A stretch of DNA of 64,000 bases from Nemertoderma westbladi (Eukaryota > Animalia > Xenacoelomorpha), in assembly GCA_032718475.1 (NCBI GenBank), contig JAUCBJ010006988.1:124001-188000 (forward strand), written 5' to 3'. This document shows positions 38,655 through 49,829 of this stretch, piece by piece. A model generated the notes under the pieces. It saw only the letters and a list, made by a program, of their open reading frames with translations, was not told the origin of the DNA and made no database searches. The translations under genes were made by a program, and so were the position numbers. Positions within the stretch are counted from its first letter, which is position 1, and every line of letters begins with the position of its first letter.

Positions 38655-41600
38655 AGTCACCTACGTTCATTCCACCTACGTCACAGCACAGTCCACATAC
38701 GTCACAGCCCAGTCTGCATAAGTCACAGCCCAGTCCACCTAGGTCACAGTCAAGTCTGCCTACGTCACAGCCCATTCCACCTACGTCACAGCCCAGTCCA
38801 TCTACGTCACAGCCTAGTCCACCTAGGTCACAGCCAAGTCTGCCTACGTCACTGCCCATTCCACCTACGTCTCAGCCCAGTCCACCTAGGTCACAGCCAA
38901 GTCTGCCAACGTCACAGCCCATTCCACCTACGTCACAGCCCATTCCACCTACATCACAGCCCAGTCCGCCTACGTCACAGCCCAGTCCACCTACGTCACA
39001 GCCCAGTCTGCATAAGTCACAGCCCAGTCCACCTAGGTCACAGTCAAGTCTGCCTACGTCACAGCCCATTCCACCTACGTCACAGCAGCCCAGTCCATCT
39101 ACGTCACAGCCTAGTCCACCTAGGTCACAGCCAAGTCTGCCTACGTAACAGCCCATTCCACCTACGTCTCGGCCCAGTCCACCTAGGTCACAGCCAAGTC
39201 TGCCAACGTCACAGCCCATTCCACCTACGTCACAGCCCATTCCACCTACATCACAGCCCAGTCTGCCTAAGTCACAGCCCAGTCCACCTAGGTCACAGCC
39301 AAGTCTGCCTACGTCACAGCCCATTCCACCTACGTCACAGCCCAGTCCACCTTGGTCACATCCAAGTCTGCCAACGTCACAGCCCATTCACCCACGTCAC
39401 AGCCCATTCCACCTACATCACAGCCCAGTCCGCCTACGTCACAGCCCAGTCCACCTACGTCACAGCCCAGTCTGCATAGTCCACCTAGGTCACAGTCAAG
39501 TCTGCCTACGTCACAACCCATTCCACCTACGTCACAGCCCAGTCCATCTACGTCACAGCCTAGTCCACCTAGGTCACAGCCAAGTCTGCCTACGTCACAG
39601 TCCATTCCACCTACGTCACAGCCCAGTCCACCTACGTCACAGCCCAGTCCACCTAGGTCACAGCCCATTCCACCTACGTCACAGCCCAGTCTACCTACGT
39701 CACAGCCCATTCCATCTACGTCACAGCCCAGTCTACCTAGGTCACAGCCAAGTCTGCCTACGTCACAGCCCATTCCACCTACGTCACAGCCCAGTCGACC
39801 TACGTCACAGCCCATTCCACCTACGTCACAGCCCAGTCTACCTAGGTCACAGCCAAGTCTGCCTACGTCACAGCCCATTCCACCTACGTCACAGCCCAGT
39901 CGACCTACGTCACAGCCCAGTCTGCCTAAGTCACAGCCCAGTCCACCTAGGTCACAGCCCATTCCACCTACATCACAGCCCAGTCTGCCTAAGTCACAGC
40001 CCAGTCCACCTAGGTCACAGCCAAGTCTGCCTACGTCACAGCCCATTCCACCTACATCACAGCCCATTCCACCTACGTCACAACCCAGTCCACCTACGTC
40101 ACAGCCCAGTCCACCTAGGTCACAGCCCATTCCACCTACGTCACAGCCCAGTCTGCCTACGTCACAGCCCAGTCTGCCTAAGTCACAGCCCAGTCCACCT
40201 AGGTCACAGCCAAGTCTGCCTACGTCACAGCCCATTCCACCTACGTCACAGCCCAGTCTACCTAGGTCACAGCCAAGTCTGCCTACGTCACAGCCCAGTC
40301 CACCTACGTCACAGCCCAGTCCACCTAGGTCACATCCAAGTCTGCCAACGCCACAGCCCAGTCCACCTACGTCACAGCACATTCCACGTACGTCACAGCC
40401 CAGTCCACCTAGGTCACAGCCAAGTCTGCCAACGTCACAGCCAAGTCTGCCAACGTCACAGCCCATTCCACCTACGTCACAGCCCAGTCTGCCTACGTCA
40501 CAGCCCAATCCACCTAGGTCACAGCCAAATCTGCCTATGTCACAGCCCATTCCACCTACGTCACAGCCCATTCCACCTACGTCACAGCCCAGTCCACCTA
40601 CGTCACAGCCCAGTCCACCTAGGTCACAGCCCATTCCACCTACGTCACAGCCCAGTCTGCCTACGTCACAGCCCAGTCTGCCTAAGTCACAGCCCAGTCC
40701 ACCTAGGTCACAGCCAAGTCTGCCTACGTCACAGCCCATTCCACCTACGTCACAGCCCAGTCTACCTAGGTCACAGCCAAGTCTGCCTACGTCACAGCCC
40801 ATTCCACCTACGTCACAGCCCAGTCCACCTAGGTCACATCCAAGTCTGCCAACGCCACAGCCCAGTCCACCTACGTCACAGCACATTCCACGTACGTCAC
40901 AGCCCAGTCCACCTAGGTCACAGCCAAGTCTGCCAACGTCACAGCCCATTCCACCTACGTCACAGCCCAGTCTGCCTACGTCACAGCCCAATCCACCTAG
41001 GTCACAGCCAAATCTGCCTATGTCACAGCCCATTCCACCTACGTCACAGCCCATTCCACCTACGTCACAGCCCAGTCCACCTACGTCACAGCCCAGTCCA
41101 CCTAGGTCACAGCCCATTCCACCTACGTCACAGCCCGTCTGCGTACGTCACAGCCCAGTCTGCCTAAGTCACAGCCCTGTCAACCTAGGTCACAGCCAAG
41201 TCTGCCTACGTCACAGCCCAATCCACCTACGTCACAGCCCAGTCTACCTAGGTCACAGCCAAGTCTGCCTACGTCACAGCCCATTCCACCTAGGTCACAG
41301 CCCAGTCGACCTACGTCACAGCCCAGTCTGCCTAAGTCACAGCCCAGTCCACCTAGGTCACAGCCAAGTCTGCCTACGTCACAGCCAATTCCACCTACGT
41401 CACAGTCCAGTCCACCTAGGTCACAGCCAAGTCTGCCTATGTCACAGCCCATTCCACCTACGTCACAGCCCAGTCTACCTACGTCACAGCCCATTCCACC
41501 TACGTCACAGCCCAGTCTACCTACGTCACAGCCCATTCCACCTACGTCACAACCCAGTCTGCCTACGTCACAGCCCAGTCTACCTACGTCACAGCCCATT

Positions 41601-43761
41601 CCATCTACGTCACAGCCCAGTCCACCTACATCACAGCCCATTCCATCTACGTCATAGCCCAGTCTACCTACGTCACAGCCCAGTCCGCCTACGTCACAGG
41701 AGCCCAGGCTTCCTACGTCACAGCCCAGTCTACCTACGTCACAGCCAGTCCGCCAACGCCACAGCCCAGTCCACCTACGTCACAGCACATTCCACGTACG
41801 TCACAGCCCAGTCCACCTAGGTCACAGCCAAGTCTGCCAACGTCACAGCCCATTCCACCTACGTCACAGCCCAGTCTGCCTACGTCACAGCCCAGTCCAC
41901 CTAGGTCACAGCCAAGTCTGCCTATGTCACAGCCCATTCCACCTACGTCACAGCCCATTCCACCTACGTCACAGCCCAGTCCACCTACGTCACAGCCCAG
42001 TCCACCTAGGTCACAGCCCATTCCACCTACGTCACAGCCCAGTCTGCCTACGTCACAGCCCAGTCTGCCTACGTCACAGCCCAGTCTGCCTAAGTCACAG
42101 CCCTGTCCACCTAGGTCACAGCCAAGTCTGCCTACGTCACAGCCCATTCCACCTACGTCACAGCCCTGTCTACCTAGGTCACAGCCAAGTCTGCCTACGT
42201 CACAGCCCATTCCACCTACGTCACAGCCCAGTCGACCTACGTCACAGCCCAGTCTGCCTAAGTCACAGCCCAGTCCACCTAGGTCACAGCCAATTCTGCC
42301 TACGTCAAAGCCCATTCCACCTACGTCACAGTCCAGTCCACCTAGGTCACAGCCAAGTCTGCCTATGTCAGAGCCCATTCCACCTACGTCACAGCCCAGT
42401 CTACCTACGTCACAGCCCATTCAACCTACGTCACAGCCCAGTCTGCTACGTCACATCCCAGCCCAGTCCACCTACGTCAAAGCCCATTCCACCTACGGCA
42501 CAGCCCATTCCACCTACGTCACAGCCCAGTCTACCTACGTCACAGCCCATTCCACCTACGTCACAACCCAGTCTGCCTACGTCACAGCCCAGTCTACCTA
42601 CGTCACAGCCCATTCCATCTACGTCATAGCCCAGTCTACCTACGTCACAGCCCAGTCCACCTACGTCACAGCCCAGTCTACCTACGTCACAGCCCAGTCC
42701 GCCAACGTCACAGCACATTCCACGTACGTCACAGCCCAGTCCACCTACGTCACAGCATATTCCACCTACGTCACAGCCCAGTCCACCTAGGTCACAGCCC
42801 AGTGTACCTACGTCACTGCCCAGGCCGCCTACGTCACAGGAGCCCAGTCTACCTACGTCACAGTCCAGTCCACCTATGTCACAGCACATTCCACCTACGT
42901 CACAACCCAGTCCGTCTACGTCACAGCCCAGTCCACCTACGTCACAGCCCATTCCACCTACCTCACAGCCCAGTCCGCCTACGTCACAGTCCATTACATC
43001 TACGTCACAGCCCAGTCCACCTACGTCACAGCCCATTCCATCTACGTCATAGCCCAGTCCACCTACGTCACAGCCCATTCCATCTACGTCATAGCCCAGT
43101 CTACCTACGTTACAGCCCAGTCCGCCTACGTCACAGGAGCCCAGTCTTCCTACGTCACAGCCCAGTCCACCTACGTCACAGCCCAGTCTACCTACGTCAC
43201 GGCCCAGTCTGCCTACGTCACAGCCCAGTCCGCCTACGTCACAGCCCAGTCCGCCTACGTCACAGCCCAGTCCGCCTACGTCACAGCCCAGTCCACCTAC
43301 GTCACAGCACATTCCACCTACGTCACAGCCCAGTCTACCTACGTCACAGCCCATTCCATCTACGTCACAGCTCTGTCTACCTACGTCACAGCCCAGTCTG
43401 TCTACGTCACAGCCCAGTCCGCCTACGTCACAGCCCAGTCCGCCTACGTCACAGCCCAGTCCACCTACATCACAGCACATTCCACCTACGTCACAGCCCA
43501 GATTACCTACGTCACAGCCCAGTCCACCTACGTCACAGCACATTCCACCTACGTCACAGCCCAGTCCACCTAGGTCATAGCCCAGTCTACCTACGTCACA
43601 GCCCAGTCCGCGTACGTCACAGGAGCCCAGTCTACCTACGTCACAGCCCAGTCCGCCTACGTCACAGCCCAGTCCACCTACGTCACATCACATTCCACCT
43701 ACGTTACAGCCCAGTCTACCTACGTTACAGACCACTCTACCTACGTTACAGACCTCTGTAC
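38655..43761. repeat. 21-bp minisatellite, about 240 units (ctacgtcacagcccagtccac consensus), with higher-order duplications
   Basis: Directly visible. Variant blocks recur, for example at about 40330 and 40834 (504 bp = 24 units apart). The right-most unit overlaps the cyclin C stop. Confidence 0.98.
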
Positions 43762-44004
43762 CATCCCCATAGCAACGACCTGCTGCATAGGATTAATGCC
43801 CTGGTGAAGATCGGGATGTCCTACACTCCGCACATCCTGGTGTTGGTCCCTAGGGGGCGCCACACAAGGCTTAGGTATCTTCTGCAGTATGGCAGGAAGC
43901 TCTTTGCGCTCGTCCATGGGTTTCCAGATATCGTATAGAGCGAGCAATTGTTTGGTAATTGCAGCTATTTTATCCATATCGACACTGAGTTCAACGAACC
44001 AGGA
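43741..44004 (-). CDS. CCNC: Cyclin C, exon 2
   Basis: SWFVELSVDMDKI...LYDIWKPMDERKELPAILQKIPKP matches the cyclin C C-terminus. Polypyrimidine tract and AG acceptor at 44005-44006, phase 0. TAG stop at 43741-43743. Confidence 0.92.
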   Translation of the reverse strand, partial: SWFVELSVDMDKIAAITKQLLALYDIWKPMDERKELPAILQKIPKPCVAPPRDQHQDVRSVGHPDLHQGINPMQQVVAMGMVQRSVT

Positions 44005-44567
44005 CTTAAAATAAAAATAAAACATTTATAAATTGTACCAAATAAAAAGTGGGTGAGACAAAAATATAATCAGAAATTCTGATTCAAGTTGAGTGTAATT
44101 TTTATATAAATATAAATTATTTGATAAAATCTATGGTGTAATAAATTTTAATAATGTAGTATAAAGTTATGTACAGGTATCTCTCTTTTACTTATTGCTT
44201 TAATTTTGTATTTCTAATTTAAACACCTGTATTCAGTATATATTATATTATTATTTTTTGGGATAAATATAGAAATATTAATCGTATATAAAACAATATT
44301 ATATAAATTCTTTGTAAATATAAACATCTTCGCCCAGTGGAAACAAAATAAATTTCGAAAACGCAAAGTATATCCAGGTATTTCTCAACGAAGATAAGAA
44401 GTTTTCACAGTTTGGGATCATCAATGATTATTAAGATTGGAAGAAAAATTTCTGGGCGTTTCATTTTTATAAATATAGTACTACATAATATTGGTATATT
44501 TATAAATAAATAATTTATCTTCCAAATTACGGTAAGTAAAGTAAGTGTAGGATTTACTGTTATATAC

Positions 44568-45245
44568 CTTTAAATCGAACCCGGTGATGGTTGCAGAAAA
44601 ATTTAGCGCAGCTAAAGCGATAAGAAACGGCGGATAAAGAAGAATGGCATCACACTTTAAGGAGTCGTTCACAATCCTCCATGCTATCTGCATCAGTTCC
44701 GCCGGCGGTTTCGGTGAATTAGGTTGCAAATCCTGAGAAGTTTGGTTCAAATCCGATATGTAATGAAGAAGCGACCGGTACGGCAGGTAGACTATTAAAC
44801 AGCAGTCCATCACTTCAAGCAAATAGAATTCGCACTCTAGTATATGGTTAATTCGGTAAGGGAATTCGTGACCGAATATGTGTAGATATTTAGATTTTAT
44901 TACGGCATTGCACGACCCTATAAGCCGAGTGTTACTAATAACTCCAAATTCTTCGACTTTAGATGCTAAAAATAAACAAGTTGGGCTGACTAATAAAGGG
45001 TCTACGTTCTTAAACAAGTTCCGTGCATAGAAACGTTTGAAGTACACTGTGCTCGTAGCTATAACCTGTTGTCGCATCTTGGAATGTTCCCCCAAGGCCT
45101 GGATAAAGTTCGCGAAGAAAATGTGGAGTTTCTGGTATTCGTCGTCGGTTACGTATTGCAGGTCGGTTTGGCGTTCTCGTAGTAAATCGTCGGAGTCCAA
45201 CAGCCATTGTTCGTAATGAGAACTCTTCCAAAAGTTCCCAGCCAT
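44568..45245 (-). CDS. CCNC: Cyclin C, exon 1 (Mediator CDK8 module cyclin)
   Basis: MAGNFWKSSH, RQQVIAT..VYFKRFY, FLASKVEEFGVISN, ILECEFYLLE and AWRIVND are diagnostic of cyclin C. GT donor at 44567 after ...FDLK. Spliced product is 313 aa. Confidence 0.97.
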
Positions 45246-45799
45246 TACTGCATTAGCCTACAGCATTAGATCCACAGCATTAGGCTACATAAGAGATAAC
45301 CTGATAACACGAACACGAACACCTAACTGCACACGAACACCTAATGTGCAATACTGTAATATCAGAATAACCACTGAACCAGATAAACTGACTGAACTGA
45401 GATCAGGAGATAACAGTGCAGTCTGACTGACACTGAATGAAGCCTATTGCTGTATGGTCTGATTGTTCAGCAGTTTGTTGATAGTAATACAGTAATAAAT
45501 TACTATCTTTGTTATCTACTTCTGTACTTCAGTCGTCAGTACGGTACTTACCGCAGTACCGGCAACCGGTGGTAGGCATAGGCCTAATACTGTACTATTG
45601 TATTAGTACTAGCCAGACGTAGGCAGGCAGTCGGTTGATGAGGTGAGTACTCTATTACAGAAAGCTGGAAAGCGTTTGTCTTTTAATGCAGTGACCGTCT
45701 GACTGTTATTATTTGTCAGCTGTTGAGCTGAAGGCAGTATCCAATGACACAGCAGCAGAAATAATAGTACTGTACTGGCTATTTAATCTATCCCTAATG

Positions 45800-46098
45800 G
45801 CTGGGCGCAGTGGCGAGCGCCTGTAATCCGAGCGACTTGGAGGCCGGGATTGGAGAACCGCTTGAGTTTGGGGCCCCTATCGGGTTCTGTGCTATGTCGA
45901 TCGAGCGTCCGTGCTAAGCTCGGCGTCAATATGGTTGGCCTGCCGGAGGGCGGGCAGACCAGGTTGTCTAAGGAGGAGTGAACCGGCCCAGGGCGGTGAC
46001 GCAGCAGGCAAAAGCCCCCACGTTGTGCAGTAGCGGGATAGCGCTTGTGAATAGGCAGGTTCGGTAGCCCAGGTAATAGAGTGGGACGCAATCCTTTT
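45800..46098 (+). ncRNA. RN7SL: Signal recognition particle RNA (7SL)
   Basis: Alu-domain 5' end gctgggcgcagtggcg..cgcctgtaatcc; helix 6 ctgcc-GGAG-ggcgg; taaggagg.gtgaaccggcccagg and helix 8 with a GNRA (GTGA) loop and agcagg. About 300 nt, ending in a T run. Confidence 0.93.
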
Positions 46099-46104
46099 TT
46101 TTTT
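46095..46104 (+). terminator. RNA polymerase III oligo(T) terminator of 7SL
   Basis: T10 immediately after the SRP RNA 3' end. Confidence 0.8.
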
Positions 46105-46287
46105 ATTTAAATCCTTTGCTTTTTGTTAACAAGCCGAACTTTGTGAATAAATAACTAATTTCTGCTATTTATTTTCTCGGGCTTTGTGAAAACTCAAACC
46201 CTTTAATAGCGATCTGATACTGTATTAGCTACATTATTTATTTTAGTTACTAAGAGATTTATATTTTATAGTAACCAATCAACATTT

Positions 46288-46840
46288 AGTGCTGCACGAG
46301 TGACGTCACTCGTGCAGTTTTCTGAAACGGCCTGATTTTTCGATGTTGCTAATTTTGCGTTTTAAAATCGCTATAACTCGGCCAATATTATTTTTTTTGA
46401 AGTAAAATTGCTCTCTGGGTTTTTTTCACATGCTCTTTCACATGAAACCAAGAAACTCAAAAAAAATTTCCGAGTCGTCTACCCCATTCCCCCTAGTGGC
46501 AGACTGGAACTGTATAAAAGTCTGTCTGTGTGTAGGTTTTCTAATTAAGAAATGCTCGTAGGCTACTACTACAAATTTTCAGATTAATCTGATGATTGGT
46601 TCTAAAATTACTGCTATTTTTATGTTTCTGTCAATTCGCCCCCCTAGCGGCAGACAGAGGAACTGTAGAAGTCTGTCTGTGTGTAGAATTTCTAAATTTT
46701 TTATAGACTACATGTGTACCAAGTTTGGTTCCATTTCATCCATGATTGACTAACTTATTAGCGTTCAAACATTCCTGCCACAAACATAGCCAGAGGCAGC
46801 CACAAACAAACAAAAGCTGCAGGAACTCAAGCGATAATTA
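46288..46840. mobile_element. Probable non-autonomous element (Helentron/HINE-like)
   Basis: Terminal palindrome, an internal about 55-bp duplication (near 46490 and 46640) and an (acaa)n microsatellite near the other end. Family assignment is by general architecture only. Confidence 0.35.
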
Positions 46841-48366
46841 ATTAATTAATTATTAAATACTGTTTCAATTAAATTATTTACGAAAATCTTCTTATCTCCT
46901 TTTAAATATGGACCCTGCATTCGTGGAAAATATAATATTTGATAATTCAAAATACATTTGGTTCCTGTATATATCGCACGTATAGTAGCGAGCATACATT
47001 TCCCACAGCCGAGAGACTTCAGTTCTAGAATTAAGCTTTCTTAAAATCAATAAAAACAACAAATAATTTTAATTTTTTATTGCACACGTAATCAATTAAT
47101 AGCCGTTGTTTGATCGACCAGATCTACAAACATATTCCTACTGTTTGTAGATTCCGAAATCACATCTCTACTATATGTGAATCCTGCAATATCCTACTGT
47201 AAAGTCTGTGAATCATAAAACATAAGTCCAACCTTCTCACCAAAACAGTAAACTGTAAACTGACTTGCTGACGGACTAAACGCGCTCGTATACTTTGCCG
47301 CGGTGTGATTTATATGGGGTGGGGGTTGCTAGCTAAATATCTAACTAGCAGACGAACTGCGGCGGCGTGGACAAATTATTTTATATATTTCGAGGTGTAA
47401 ATAATTCCTAAACGCGTGTGTGTTGAACTTTATAATCGAACTTTAGTTTTGTACCCCTTCATATTATATAATTTACTGGGTCCAGTGTGCATTTTACAAA
47501 TATTCTAATTTTTGTGGTCTGTAGGTCTAATACTCACAGATGATAAGGCTCCTTCCCCCTTTGTGTATTTCCAGGACTCAAATTCAGGCATAGGGTTAGT
47601 AACTACGCCCAGAATTCGGCAATTTAAATCTACCAGGTCCCTAATACTAAGAAGAAATGTGTTAGTTTACTACAGTAGGCGTACAGTTACAATAGCTAGC
47701 CTGGTCTCCTATCTATAATTTTGGTTGCCTAGGTGGGCGTGGCAACTTCTTATCAGGATGTCGGCGGGGACACGGTAGGTGTTAGTATCCCGAATAGCCC
47801 TAATTTGTAATGCGCCTAGCACAATAAACTGCCCGACCGTCTGAACGGTACAATCTTGATTCAGGCAAGACACGGTAACTTTCTCTTGGCCTACAGACTC
47901 CAATACAAGCAATGGACACCATTGTACTACAAAATAAGCCACAAGCGCACCTATACACGGCAAATAAGTTAGGCGTATAGTTGTGATGTACCCTACCAAT
48001 GTGCATGCCCCGTAATGGTGTGCCTGCATCCTATCTGTGTACCTGTATCTATTCTCTCTCTCTCTCTTTTACCCCCCGTAGGAATGTGAAGGAATACCGC
48101 GGGTTCTGCCAGAATCAAAACAGTACAGTTCCTAAAGTTAAATTTTTGGCGCACAGCGTATCACTATGTCTACCTTTGATCTTAGGTCTTACACTTAGGT
48201 AACAAGGCATCAAACGCTGTCTAACCTTTCAGGCGATGGGCGAAGAACTATGAATCGATATTGTGGGTGGTCTCCTTTCTACATTCCGCCGATGTTCTCG
48301 TTCATTGCCGCGGCCCGCTGCTTAGCCTGCCATCTGTCCCTCAGTTGGGTTCACCGTGGTGAATCA

Positions 48367-48799
48367 TGTTAAAACAGATGTAACAATAATTCTAACTTTA
48401 TTACAAATAGCAAACAAATTACGAAATAAAGCACAAAGATAATCTAGTGATCGATGAAGATGTCTAAGAAGTGAAATACATAATAACTAATAAGGTAGTA
48501 GTGAAGTAAATCGCACAAACGCACCTTTATATAGTGAATTAGTGCTGCCAATAATCTAGACAAATCTAGATAATTCTATAGGTTCCATTACGTTTTTAAA
48601 GATAACCATTGGTCCAACAAACGCATAACTTGCACGACATTGGTTACTGTCAAATAACTGCAATTACATTGGTTAATCTACCTTGAGACTATCAAACGAT
48701 TTTCTAACGCATAACCAACTGAGCTACTGAACCACTTGAGTAATGTTGTACAAATAGCTATACCAAATGCAAATGAGAACTTAATGTAATCTTATAACA
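48367..48799 (-). mobile_element. Possible LTR of an unrelated element
   Basis: TGTTA...TAACA termini. On the minus strand a TATA box (near 48525) precedes AATAAA (near 48397). No target-site duplication or clear PBS. Confidence 0.35.
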
Positions 48800-49829
48800 T
48801 ATGAACCTATCAAATAATGCAAATTAATTCCAACTAAATAAAATTTTGAAATTTCACGGCTTTTGTGGGGATATAATTCTATAGCCGTAGACATAAAATA
48901 TGCTCCAAGCAACCCCTACCTTTAAACGAACCAATCTGACATTTATTTATTTTAACCCATTTATTATTAACAGTGATGCTGTAATTTTACTCACAGCAGT
49001 ATCAAATGTAAGCCTCCAGTAAAAAGGCCATAACAAATATCCGATATCGTTTGCACATAATCCAAAATAAATTGGCGTGCAGGTTGTATTATAGTAACCC
49101 ACGAGAATTAAAATGCATTCATTCGTTTTGCACTGCAATTGTCAACTCAAACTCTTTCATAATTTAATTTAAAGATTAAGTATAATAAGAGCAATAAAAT
49201 AATTTATGTTCTTGTGAAATATTACTATGTACAGTTTCTATATCCACGGAATCACGTTAGGACTTCTTATTAGAAGTTTCGTTAATAAAAATAAAAAATT
49301 AAATGTGAGTATAATAAAAATATGGAGTCGAATTCTTTGGTAAATTTCTAATATTATTATTGGCAAACCGATGATTTGCTTGTTTATTGAGGTAGTAGAT
49401 TAAGTCATAGCATATTGATTGGTATAGTATACACCTTAACTGTAAAATATCCACCCCCCTCCCAAAAACAACTTGCCGTGCTCTACAAACTGCTCCTTTA
49501 CTAACATGCATAATCTTGTACACATTTTTGAACTTTCGTTTATTTTTTTGGTTATATTCACCCGCCAGCAATTCTCTGTAACTTTTTATATTCCTTTACT
49601 TTCCTGTATAATCTTGTATCTATAAAACTAACTTATGCCTACACTCTACAGTATAGGGTATACTTGACTTCCATGCACACTGTTGATGAAATTACAATAA
49701 GTACAGAACTCGGCCACTAGATTAGTCGCAGGTGTAAAGAAGGGAGTTCGCATACAACCAACTTTATATTCACTACATTGGTAACCTGTACACTGCCGAA
49801 TCAAATATAAAATCGCGGTAATAACATAC

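Noticed and set aside
38653-43938. Long GCDVGRL, LRHSPV and YVTAQST repeat ORFs as real proteins
   Set aside because: These arise automatically from a 21-bp unit lacking stops in several frames. Frames switch at indels and there is no unique N- or C-terminal domain.
44481-44567. C-terminal VYNSKSY...NIM of the 254-aa ORF as part of cyclin C
   Set aside because: This is read-through into the intron. Homology resumes in exon 2 after a canonical GT-AG intron.
45783-46091. 102-aa minus-strand ORF, or a primate Alu
   Set aside because: The sequence contains the full S domain of 7SL RNA and a Pol III terminator. The ORF is its antisense shadow.
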